Assembly (NCBI RefSeq): GCF_003918875.1
Contig: NW_025767020.1
Location: forward strand, 930,001 to 994,000
Length of the DNA: 64,000 nt
Reading direction: 5' to 3'
Origin: Haliotis rubra
Lineage: Eukaryota
A program made the position numbers and the translations under genes. This document shows, piece by piece, positions 36,935 to 48,769 of the stretch (positions are counted from its first letter, which is position 1; every line of letters starts with the position of its first letter). The notes under the pieces are model-generated. The model was not told the DNA's origin, made no database searches, and worked only from the letters and a program-made list of their open reading frames with translations.

Positions 36935-39900
36935 ATGGCTATCACAATATTCATCTTCATTTGTCTACTCGGAGTGTTGCCCTTTACAGGTAAGTAATAC
37001 ATTTGTCATTTCCCGCCGATATCAGGCTAATTTATCATGGAGTAAATACACACTACACAATATACTCACATGTCAACACATGTATGGAAAATATGATTTG
37101 TCCATACCGTTATTACGCAGAACCACACTTCCTGGGTTCTAAGGCATATATCAAGCTAATGTATGATGAATAAAATATACACAACACAATATACTCACAT
37201 GTCAACACATGTATGGAAAATCGGTTTTCTCCATACCGTTATTACGCAGAACCACACTTCCTGGGTTCTAACGCATATATCAAGCTAATGTATGATAAAT
37301 AAAATATACACAACACAATATAAACACGCCTCAACAAATTTATGGAAAATCCACTTGCTCAACTCTTCCCAGCTTCTAACTGTTGGTAACTATTTGTATT
37401 TAAATATCCGTGACTAATCCGTAACTGTGAACCGTAACGATTTGGTTTAACGAGTTTCGAGGAATGTGTAAACAGAAGTACATACCAACTGTTAGGATAT
37501 CTACAATAAAGGGTTCAATAACGTTATGGTTGGAAACAGCGATATCAGCCGGTTTAGTCTGTGTATAAAATATATACATCAGTTTCGTTGTTGTAAGATA
37601 TCTCCTGAAAATGGCAGCTTAACCTTGGTTACTGCTTGGCAAGAAGCCATTGGTGATTACTATTGCGTGTTCTGCACACTGCGCGGGACGGGCATGTTTG
37701 ATGTATGGAATCCTAGAAGGGACATCTCAGCGTTGTTGCCCTTACAAACCCGAGTCAAAACTTGCAAAGAAGTAACCGAACCAGCTGTCGCATTTGAAGA
37801 ATTGTCGCGTATAGGGCGACCATGGATAACATATTTACAACGGTCAAAATATGCTGACGTACGCAATAGGTGAGGTGAGGTGAAATTGGGTTTAACGTCA
37901 CGCTTGAGAATATTTCGCTCATATGACGACGTGCATGCGCGTGTATGTGTAGATGCGGCTGCTTGTACTAGCCCACACTGAAGCTGGTTTTATAGTGCTA
38001 GCCCACTGAGATACCATGCCGCAGTGTAACATGAATACCCACTCAGACACATTATACTGACTTCGAGCCGACCAGTCCTTGTTGTACCCATTAATCCCAA
38101 ACGCCAGGCGGGGACCAACAAGTACCATATTTTAACGTCTTTTGGTATGACGCGGTCGGGGATCGAACCCGCGACCTTCCGCTCTCCGGGCAGACGCTCT
38201 AACCACTACACCACGGAGGCGGTCACGTACGCAATAAAGTAACACACACATTAACTTACGACTATCTTAGCGCTAAAGAGGGCGTCGAAAATCTAGGCCC
38301 TGGTGTTTGTCCATGTACACAATGCTTTTAGCTTTTCAAATCATAAGTATGGGGTTTTGAATTTTTGGGAAAATGACTCCAAAGTGTGTAGTTTCTTTTG
38401 TGTGTCAGTTTATGACATACGTTTATATCCCGAGGCAAATGAACAGTGTGTTTGTTGTCTTTGGGTGTAAAAACTTCATTATCAATTTTTGGCCGGTATT
38501 TTTATGACTTTTGAGACCTTTTTGGTAATCAATTTTACCTCGTGGGGGGCGTGTTTTAAATTTAATCAACTGGGATATTAAAAGAAAAAATTTAAGGATG
38601 TTCATTTACTGCTTCTCTTATCATAATGAAGTCCCATGTGGAAAACCCCTTTTGTTTCAGTTAACCCAACACGTTTATTAAAACTGTTTTCAGATAGTCT
38701 TCTGTGCTATCAGTGCAGTGCAACTGGTGGCAAAGGCGAGTGTATAAACGGACATGACAACTTTCTGAAAGTGTCCAGACATGTCTTGGCTGCCAAAAAT
38801 AACACTGGCGCCGTCATTGTGGACGATTCCGGAAGTCAGGCTAATCATTACAAGAACTGCGACACCTTCGTCAACAGAACCATGTGTATGATTGAAGAGG
38901 TCCGGAATGGAAGTAGGTGGTGTGAGTGAGCTTATTTTTACGCCGCACTCAGCAATATTCCAGCTATATGGCGGCGGTCTGTAAATAATCGAATCTGGAC
39001 CAGACAACCCAGTGATTGAGCACCGATCTACGCAACTGGGATACAATGACATGTGTCAACCAGTAAGCGAGCCTGACCACCCGATCTGGTTAGTTGCCGC
39101 CAGACGACAAGTATGAGTTGCTGAAGATCAAATCTAACCCGGATCTTCATGGGTCGGAAGTAGGTTGAACTAAGTGCCGTTTGAAAAAGTTTCTTTCTTT
39201 GCTGTTTAACGTCGCATCCAGCAATATTATTTCGGGATATAAATGCAGACTGACAAACCAGGGGTGATATTATGAGCAACACACTATGCTATCGGGGTTT
39301 GGAAAACACTGAGTCTGACCACCCAATCCAGTGCCATAGTCCCACACTACAGTATTTTGAAGTTAAAAAAAACATTAATTTGACAGAAACATGAAGAGAC
39401 AAAAGTCAGATAGTAAGATGTCTAACTAGATTAGATCATTTTAGATGGTGGCGCCATGTCTCGTTGGTACCACTGATCTAGTTGGTCCAGTTTAGAGTGA
39501 GTAAAGGACTATTGTTTTACGCTACTTGTAGCAATATTCCATGGGACACCAGAAATGGGCTTTATACTTTCTACTCATGTGGGGAATCGACCCCGAGTCT
39601 TGGGTGTGACGGGCGACCGCTTTCTCAACTCGACCACCCGACTAGGCCGATCGCCCGTCCAGCTCATATCTTAAGACATTGATATAAAATATCTTGTCAC
39701 AAACGTCACTGTGTAAGTTTACTTCCGGTGTTAGACGGAAGTCACTTTGGTGGCCACTTGGGACAGTGCGGCAGCCTGGAAATATCATAGAAATATATAC
39801 CACTTGTTTCAATGCCTCGTCTTCTCAACATTCTCTCTATCCACAGTTGCCGGAACTATTTTAAGCTACATCCGGGATTGTTCTGACGGAAGTACGTTCT

Positions 39901-40109
39901 CCTTTGATTTGAAAATCCTGAAGAACCTGAGTCCCTCGAACTTCACCACCTGCGGCTACGACAACCGTGGCTACCAGGTGTGCGTCACCCTGTGCAACTC
40001 CACCGACCTCTGCAACGGACCTCAGAACATCACAGGAGCATCAGGATGCCCTACTCTAAACGTGCTGCTGTATCTTCTATGTGTATTTACTGTCTGTATG
40101 AAGGAGTAG
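36935..40109 (+). CDS. Ly6/uPAR three-finger (Quiver/Sleepless-like) protein C, 178 aa. Exons 36935-36989, 38694-38912, 39847-40109
   Basis: Exon 1 MAITIFIFICLLGVLPFT G|gtaagt. Exon 2 (D)SLLCYQCSATGGKGECING...KNCDTFVNRTMCMIEEVRNG. Exon 3 IAGTILSYIRDCSDG...TTCGYDNRGYQVCVTLCNSTDLCNGPQ plus a hydrophobic tail. Phase-1 GT-AG introns. Confidence 0.9.
37055..37350. repeat. Tandem duplication of ~130 bp (2 copies plus a partial third) in intron 1 of gene C
   Basis: acacaatatactcacatgtcaacacatgtatggaaaat...gcagaaccacacttcctgggttctaa is repeated. Confidence 0.85.
37869..38224 (-). mobile_element. Full-length S3 (Meta-type) tRNA SINE with 12-bp TSD ACGTACGCAATA
   Basis: TSD at 37857-37868 and 38225-38236; reverse complement of the 14967-15320 copy. 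Confidence 0.92.
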
Positions 40110-41931
40110 ATGCACCTGAAGAGGATCGACCATTGCTTCCACCTTTTGGCTCTTATGTAAGAACCATGGAATTTTTAAGTTAAAGAACTGCAAGTCTCAG
40201 CAATCGAACCAGAGTTAATTGTAGATCGGGAACAATTTTATAGACATTTATTTTTGCTAGGGGTGACTTTTCCATTGATGGCTACATATATTTGTTTATT
40301 TTTTTTTTTTTTTTTTTTTTTTATTTTTTATTTTTTTTGGGGGAAGTCGTTTTTTCAGGATATATTGTTTGTCCCTTTGACTGTAGATTTCGTTTCTGAA
40401 ACCAGAGCCCAAATTCCTTTCGGGTATAGTTAATCAGGTTAAATGGACATAATACAGTATCTTTTCCCGTTTGATTGTATTTTCCTCAAAAGTAGACGTT
40501 GGAACGAGAGTAACGAACAAAGCGGATTTTGTGTAATTTTCACTTTACTTGTTTAGATAAAATACTTCTTGCAGTCTCGTCTCCCTTTTTATTCCTATTT
40601 CGTCATTATTTGTCGAGACAAGTTATATATTTTCACAGAAAAGGAAATCATGGCTCATCGATGAAGGTTTTAATGGATTCCGCCATCGTCGTAGAAATAC
40701 AGGACGTCATGGGAGATATTATCACTGTCATTTAAACATCACCAACTGATTCAGTCCTGGATGCATACTACGTCCAATTGATGTTTCACAATGTACGTCA
40801 AAATGAAAAAACAAAACAAATGCAACATTACATTCTATCATTGACTTACTCTCGAAGTTTTAAAGAATTACGCATACAAAGCAGTTGCAATGGAACAGAC
40901 AAGAAAATGGTTTACATGATTCCTATAACAGCTGCAACACTGAGTCACACTGACTCACCCTTCATTTTTGGTAAAACAGATCCCACAGGGAGATGCCTAT
41001 TCTAACGCTTGTTAAAACATAGAAACCTTTAACCTCAAGGTATTACTGAGTGAGTGAGTTTAGTACAAATTGTAGCCATGTGGGGAATCGAACCCGGGTC
41101 TGCAGCGTGACGAGCGAACACTTTAACCACTAGGCTACCACACCGCCCCTAATGACAATACAAACGATTGCGGTATTCTACCGGAAAGGTTCGAATTAAC
41201 CTGTTTTGGTTCACCCGATCCCGCTAGTCGCCTCTTACAACAAGCATGGGTTACTGAAGACGTTCACAGGTCTGAAGTAGGTGGAACTAAGTGCCGTTTG
41301 AAAGAGTTTCTTTCTTTGCTGTTTAACGCCGCACTCGGCAATATTATTTCGGCATATAAATGCAAACTGACAAACTCATTATTTTGTTGCCATTTTTCGC
41401 TTTCTCTAACGAGGGTGGATCACTTGCTGGTAGAAATTTCACTGCACACGCTTGTTGATTACCTGGCTGTTCTACCATCAAGTGGTCCCCCCTCGTTAGA
41501 AATAGTGAAATGTGACAACAAAATAATGATCGTTTGTTAAACAACTTTTTTTTATTCTAGTGTCCAAAATTATGAGACAAATTATCAGAGTTGGTCTGTT
41601 GATTTTATGTGACTGTGCAAAATGTGGTTTTGTTGCAAACATTGGATTTTGTGTTACTAAGCAATTCATCGGTCTAAAATGAAGTCAAACGGACTGGAGT
41701 ATTTTTATAAGTTTTCGGTGCATACATTATCTGCGTCGCTTATATTATCTCTCTGTATGGAGACTTCCCTGTGGCATATTCGCCCCGGGAAAGAAACTGT
41801 TCCTTAGACATATGAGATTGGATTTTTATAAACAATTAGAGGGCATGGCTCATGAGATTCCATCTTGAAATATATCACTTTAATTGCCCTGGTGCAAAGA
41901 TCGATCGGCCGTGACATGTCAACAATCGATA

Positions 41932-42288
41932 ACGTCCTGCCTGGGCAGACTGGTTTTTAACACATCTTTGCATTTGGATGTACCTCCTATAACATCATCA
42001 GAAATAAAATATGTCACGGAAATGATAAACGAAACAATGTCTGATAATGATGTTTTATTACTATTTAGTACAGACTAAAAAATTATGAACTTCTAACCAG
42101 GAGACATTGACGTCCTGCCTGGGCAGACTGGTTTTTAACACATCTTTGCATTTGAATGTACCTCCTACAACATCATCAGAAATAAAATATGTCACGGAAA
42201 TGATAAACGAAACAATGTCTGATGATGATGTTTTATTACTATTTAGTAAAGACTAAAAAATTATGAACTTCTAACCAGGAGACATTGA
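41932..42288. repeat. Near-identical 178-bp tandem duplication in the probable 3' UTR of the EGF gene; each copy has a minus-strand AATAAA
   Basis: acgtcctgcctgggcagactgg...ccaggagacattg occurs twice; tttatt at ~42054 and ~42232. Confidence 0.9.
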
Positions 42289-42580
42289 ATATTCTTAAAC
42301 TGTCGGTTGGTTAATTTAAAGATACACTATATTTTTTTGCCAGGTACTTAGATGATTCATATAACATTATATGGTAACAACTTGTCAAGTAATGTATTCA
42401 TTCACTGCAACCTGCCCCGACAGAAAAAGACGTTCCTGGACGTTCTCAGATTCTGCTGGGACTCGACGTCTTCGGTATCTGCATAAGAAAGACAATTGTC
42501 AAGTAATGTATTCATTCACTGCATCCTGCCCCGACAGAAAAAGACATTCTACCGGAATTATATTATATGACAACAACTTG

Positions 42581-45500
42581 TCAAGTAATGTATTCATTCA
42601 CTGCAACCTGCCCCGACAGAAAAAGACGTTCCTGGACGTTCTCAGATTCTGCTGGGACTCGACGTCTTCGGTATCTGCATAAGAAAGACAATATCGAGAG
42701 TGACACAGTAATAAGCAGTGTATGACTGACTGACTGAGTTTAGTTTTACGCCGCTTTTAGCAATATTCCAGCAATATCACGGCGGGGGACACCAGAAATG
42801 GGCTTAACACATTGTGCCCATGTGGGGAATCGAGCCCGGGTCTTCGGCGTGACGAGCCAACGCTTTAACCACTAGGCTACCCCACCGCCCCAGCAGTGTA
42901 TGAAATAAGGCCCGTCCGACCACCCGAGACGGGCTAGATTTCTGACGGACGGTCTAAATTTATATTTAAATTTACAGCTGACCAGCCCGATGGTCTGGTA
43001 AAAAAATTATATGACATGTTTCAACCATCTGAGTAAATTGGATTTTGGGTTATTTCATACACAGTAATAAGTATGTCGTGTAAGGTAATGCTTACAAAAA
43101 TAAAGGTGTTTATGAGTATGTTTGGTTTTCTTTTTAAATGATGGCACGAAAGTATTTGTAGAAACGCAATCTGATTGCTTGTATTTGTAAGCATTGCGAT
43201 CTTTTGCGGACATTTTCACGATGAATGAACCCATTACGTTTCAAATGAACTTTCGAGGCATCCAAATTCTCTGTCACATTCGAAACGGTAATATATACGT
43301 AGTGTCTAGGTAATAAAAGCACATTGTCCGAAACTTCAGATAATTGAAAATCAACAACTTACATGACATAAATTCCGATTGTAACTGCGATTACCGTCAG
43401 AACAGCAACTGTAGAAATGATTGTGGAAACATGTGCCAGTACCTGAATGGCGGTCGGTTCTGTGAAAGAAAAGCAAATGGGACAGCTTAAAATATAAAGT
43501 ATATGTTTGAGCCATGCATCAGTTTCATCTCCTATTATACTGGACAAAAATAGTTAGGAATATATGTAAATTTTGAAATTATGAATAATGATCTATTTAT
43601 TCATTGACACACTGAACTCTCGGGGCGGTGGGGTAGTCTAGTCGTTAAAGTGTTCCCTCTCACGCCAAAGGCCAGGGTTCGATGCTCCACATGGGTACAA
43701 TACGTGAAGCCCATTTCCGGTGTCCCCCGGCGTGATATTGCTGGAATATTGCTAAAAGCGGCATAAAACTAAACTCACTCACTCACTATTACTACTCTCG
43801 TATGTTATATGGCGATTTCCCGACAATATACACATGCAATGGTCAATATCGTTACTTGGGCTTATAGTAGAGATTTCTTATGATTATATATGAACATCTG
43901 GAAGCATCTTTATATATATGAAGTTTCTGTCGCTTTTATTTCTCATGGAGTCATAGGAAACTGAAAATGGATTCACGTGCACCACAATATAATCTGACAT
44001 TTGTAGTTACATAAATGATTATGAAGAAATAGCAATATCTCACTCTGAATGCAACCTTTTACCCACTCGCCCCATTACTCTGATGATTAATACGGCATAT
44101 ACATTTATCAAGTAAAACAATGGACAGTCAAACCATGTATTAATGAGCTCAGTTACCATGGGCCATGCGGATGCACTGACTTCGTCCATCATATGTGAAC
44201 CCTTGATGACATGCTGTGCAGTGGCCACTTTCTTCTTGACATCTGAGACAGTTTTCAGAGCAGTTAAACTCACAGGTCTGTCCCCACCATCCATCGGTGC
44301 ATCCACCGCACATTTCGCCATCGCTACAACCAGAACGACAATTGCATCTCTTGTCACAGCTGCTTCCGGTGAACCCTTTCTTGCATGATGTACACACCCC
44401 AGCTTCACTGTAGGATAAACAGTTCGGTAGGCACGAGATGTCGCAGAAGGGAGGCTTCCAGCCCGGTACACAGCCACGAGTACAGGCTGGCTTGTCTCTG
44501 TCATACAATGTACTGCAATCTCTGCCAAGGCATTTATCATTACACATTCTGTCACAGGTTCGTCCGTAGAAGCCAGTTTTACATCCACTGAGGCAAATGT
44601 CACTCAGCTGACCGCAACTGCCGCCCAAACATCCAGCTGAACAGGATTTGTTACAGTGAGTCCCGGTAAAACCAGCCTTACAAGCAAAGGCGCAAGAACC
44701 ATCATAGAAGAAACACTGTGAATCAGTACATTGTTCTCCACACTTGTGTTCACATTGATCCCCCCACCATGTCTGTTTACAGCCTTCCAGACAGTTTCCT
44801 GTTGAACGGTCACAGAAGACACTGTCACCGTAGCTCTCTCTGCACTGAGGCGGACATGTCAGTGAACAGTTTGTGGAGTAATGGCCAGCTTGACACTGGA
44901 TACAAACACCTGTCGTTCTGTTGCACCAACCCGAGTCACAGTTTTGACACTCTTTGTCACAGTTAGTTCCATGCCAGCCCATATGGCATCCGTCCAGGCC
45001 ATGATGTTCAGAACTGTCACCAATGTCGATGCCTTAAAAAATCAATGTGAAACACTATTTTTCACGATTTTGAATTCCCTCCGTATCTTGAGTGAGTGAG
45101 TTTAGTTTTACGCCGCACTCAGCAATATTCCAGCTATATGGCGGCGGTCTGTTAATAATCGAGTCTAGACCAGACAATCCAGTGATCAACAGCATGATCA
45201 TCGATCGGCATAATTGGGAACCGATGACATGTGTCAACCAAGTCAGCGAGCCTGACCACCCGATCCTGTTAGTCGCCTCTTACGACAAGCATAGTCGCCT
45301 TTTGTGGCAAGCATGGGTTGTTGAAGACCTTTTCTACCCCGGATCTTCACGGGTCCCGTATCTTGAGACACGTATGGTTTTACACCGCTCTTAGCAATAT
45401 TCCAGCAATATCACGGCGGCGGACACCAGAAATGGGCTTCACACATTGTCCCCATGTGGGGAATTGAACCCGGTTCTTCAGCGTGACCAGCGGCAAATTA

Positions 45501-48413
45501 GCATAAGTCTTCTCAGTAAGTTAGGATTTACAGAAGATACCCGAGAGATTCATTGTTAAAGTCATATGAGATTCTACAAAAATACTCCACTAAACTAAAC
45601 GCTGGATATTTGTCAAATGTGTAACTCCTGGATATTTAGACGGATTTGGGCGAGGATTTACATAATAACCAACGAGGATCAAGTGCTTATGGAAAATACG
45701 TCACGTGTGAAATTGATGTTTTAAGTTCTGAGCTTTATGTGTAGGATATAACATGACCCGCGGGCATTATTGAAAAGTAAGCCAACTTCCCGCGGGAAAT
45801 GCCCAAGGGAAGACGGCTTACTTTTCAATAATGCCTACGGGTCATGTTATATCCAACTTATAAACCAACCGATGATATACTTTAGATATAATTTCAATAT
45901 TTGGTATTTACTTTTGAAATCAACGGGGATGAAACTGGCAGCCGACGCCTCGCAATGCACGTGCTCCGCACGCGCTACCCGTGTCCTGCACGTGCGCTGC
46001 CCGCACTACCCGTCTTGTGAGGAACACACGGTTCATACCGACAAACAATCTCATTATTCACAGTGATCCTTCGTAGCCTGGTGGATAAAACCGCCAAACT
46101 AGTAAGCGAAGGGTAGCGGCTTCGAAACCGTGTATCGGCACAACATGTTGGAAATTGTCAAAAATGTCATATTTTAATATCGCATTCAGTGATGGCAAGA
46201 CAAAGTCGTATCAATCTTCAAAACAAGTAAAGTAGTATAGGGAATGGAGAGAAAAAACGGTATAGGTGCACCTTTGCTTAGAAGCTTCCATAGGGGCTAA
46301 TTCTGCTACCAGCCTAGTAAAAAATGAGTGTTTTACCAAACACTTCGACAAGACCACTTTCGGCTGCTCCCAATGTAGTGCACTCCCAATTAGAGCTATG
46401 TGGGTGCATGGATATAGAAACATGCCAGGAACCAAGCTCTCGCGCGAAGCCTATACCGAGATCCGATCTGGTCGTTTGTCCCTTCGGGAAGCAAAGAGGA
46501 AGTACCACATATCACAAGCCCGATACACGCGAATCCGAAGTGGTATAGACCCCGAGCCCCAGACGACGACAACTCCCGACACGGCCGAAGACTGCGAGGC
46601 CCTGCTGCAGAAGTGTCGCCCCATGCTGCTTTCCAACCGAGAGAAACAAATCCTGGAGCAATCGGGACAACCTTCTACGAACGCTACCAGATCCCACACC
46701 AGTTTCTCGAACTCTATTTGCTGTGCTTTCGCCCCCTAGTAGAAGCCGGCAAAATAGTCGATTTCGTCTACATCTACCCACCCCAACAATTTCGACCCTC
46801 GGCGGGCAAACTCCGAATCATTCTCGCCGACGACTGCTATCCGGGCCCCAAGGACAGACACAACCCATGCACCGACTGCCTCGCCACTCTATCGGAACTG
46901 CCTGCTCTCTTCGGACCCGACAACTCTACATGCAAGTGCGGCGCCATCGACCACTGCGTCGACAGGAAGAAATGTGTTCTCTGGGAAAAGAAAGCGATAG
47001 ACAACACACCGCAGGAGCGACTCCCACTCGAGGTTCCAGAAGAGATCGTGGTCGACAGCTGTTTTGCGAATGTAGAGAACCTATACGACAATGCCTTACT
47101 TTGTCAGCAGCTTCCTGACGGGGGTTCAGTTAACCTCTTTGGTCATGCAGACAAGGCGTCCGACTTTGGATCAGAATGTCCGTGATTCGATCGAATCCAA
47201 GCACGGGACCAGGAGAGAAATTCTCAGTACCATGCTATGCGGCGCGGAAGGCGCCTTCTGTTGACGGGGGAGAATGCAGCAGGATATATGTGTATTGCCC
47301 ATAATCATATTAACGACATGTAACTGTCTATCCAATCGCATTACGCATTTAAAAGCTCACATTGTAGCAGCCATATGTTAGATACATTATTAGTCGTATC
47401 TCTCTGCGCTGATTTTGACATGTTGCTTTAGAGCTAGGATCTGTTCCTGTTTTCATAAAAGCTCCCCGAATCCCATCATACCTCCCTCACAACGCTTTCA
47501 TAATGTGTATGATATATAAACCCAGCGATTTACATTCTCAAACACTTACCTTCAAATATTTGTACATATGGGTCACCCATTTTGTTCTGGGGAGGTAGGG
47601 GGGTCAGCAATTTTGTACACGTCTCTAGGGGGGCCAGCAATTTTGTACATAAAAATATATATAAATTATGCTTTAAAAATATGGAAGGTGTAATTGTCTT
47701 TGTTCATGACATGAGGGGGGTCACTTACTTTGTACATAAATTTTAGAGGGGGGGTCATTCACATTGTATATGCTTCTCCATAAAATCATCATCACCCCCA
47801 CCCTACCTAGCCATAAATTATGAACGGTCCCTCACCTGTGTGGCGTAAGAGACGGCTAACGGGATTGGGTGGTCTGGCTCGCTGACATGGTTGACACATG
47901 TCATCATATATCCCAATTGCATAGACTGATGCCCACGCTGTTGATCACTGAATTATCTGGTCCAGACTCGATTATTTTTAGACCGCCGCCATATAGCTTG
48001 AATATTGCTGTGCACGTAAAACTAAACTCACTCACTTATCTGGTGGGAATTATCAAGTGGGTTCATATTTCGGATTTTCGTGCGCAATAGCGGATAAAAA
48101 GTATTTATGAGTTCGGTTTCTAACTCACTATGTGAATATATCGTTGCATGATCTCAAAGAAAGTGTTCGTACTTGAATGCAAGTGCCTCGGTAAGTGAAT
48201 AGTGTTGCGTTTGCAGATCACCACGCATCACCACACATCACCACGCATCACCACGAATAAAGCATTTGTCCAGACGCTCTGAAGAGACGCGTATTAATTT
48301 GTAATGAGATATTCTTGCTAAAGAGTCGGTTTATGTGTATCTATGATATAAGACGTACTAACATACTCACATTGTAGACACAGAACTATTGCAAGCAGCT
48401 GATACACTTCCAT
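42581..48413 (-). CDS. EGF-like-repeat type-I membrane protein (MEGF10/SCARF-like, short form), 369 aa. Exons 48413-48371, 45032-44157, 43459-43363, 42674-42581
   Basis: Signal MEVYQLLAIVLCLQ|CIDIGDS. An 876-nt exon of tandem C..G..G..C...C...C EGF/laminin-type repeats. TM exon EPTAIQVLAHVSTIISTVAVLTVIAVTIGIYV. Last exon IYRRRRVPAESENVQERLFLSGQVAVNEYIT*. All introns are GT-AG with matching phases (1, 1, 2). Confidence 0.85.
42726..42891 (-). mobile_element. Full-length S2 tRNA SINE with 12-bp TSD AGCAGTGTATGA
   Basis: TSD at 42714-42725 and 42892-42903. Confidence 0.92.
45093..45355 (-). mobile_element. Full-length S1 SINE with 12-bp TSD CCGTATCTTGAG
   Basis: TSD at 45081-45092 and 45356-45367; 5' end GACCCGTGAAG. 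Confidence 0.92.
45744..45854. repeat. 111-bp palindrome with 40-bp arms, 38/40 complementary
   Basis: ggatataacatgacccgcgggcattattgaaaagtaagcc ... ggcttacttttcaataatgcctacgggtcatgttatatcc. Confidence 0.92.
46422..47185 (+). other. GC-rich, intronless orphan reading frame (HTH-like N-terminus, Cys-rich C-terminus) split by one frameshift at ~46620-46670; antisense within intron 1 of the EGF gene
   Basis: MPGTKLSREAYTEIRSGRLSLREAKRKYHISQARYTRIRSG resembles a psq/CENP-B-type HTH. The overlapping ORF 46613-47185 continues with CTDC..CKC..HC..C. Confidence 0.45.
47572..47833. mobile_element. Partial copy of the MITE at 52521-52855
   Basis: Shares the TIR ataaattatgaacggtccct and internal cagcaattttgtacac / cccattttgttctgggga motifs. 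Confidence 0.8.
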
Positions 48414-48769
48414 TTCAACAGTTGAAAGCTGTAAGCAAGAAACGTACGTTTGAGCGATGATAAGCATAAAGCTAGTGTACATACTTCCCAAACGTTACTA
48501 AAAAATGTACAGTTATTATACATGCACGGTTGTTGTGCCCTTCAACTCCCTCTACTAGTTCCGCGGAAAATACTGTGCCGTGTATGTGACGTAGTGACAT
48601 AAGCTCCGCCCACTCATGAATATTCATGATTTCTGTGCACTTAAGACCGTTGTAGGTTTAAGGGCACAACAAACGTCGTTTAGCAAACTACCATCATTAT
48701 TAACACGATTGTTGACAGTTGGCGCGAAAGGGCGCACGGCAGAACGGATGCAATGGCAGCCCTCCTCAC

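Noticed and set aside
47545-47590. Extra exon of the EGF gene ending VQIFE G|gtaagt
   Set aside because: The nearest acceptor gives an immediate stop and lies in a MITE. Exon 1 splices cleanly to the EGF exon without it.
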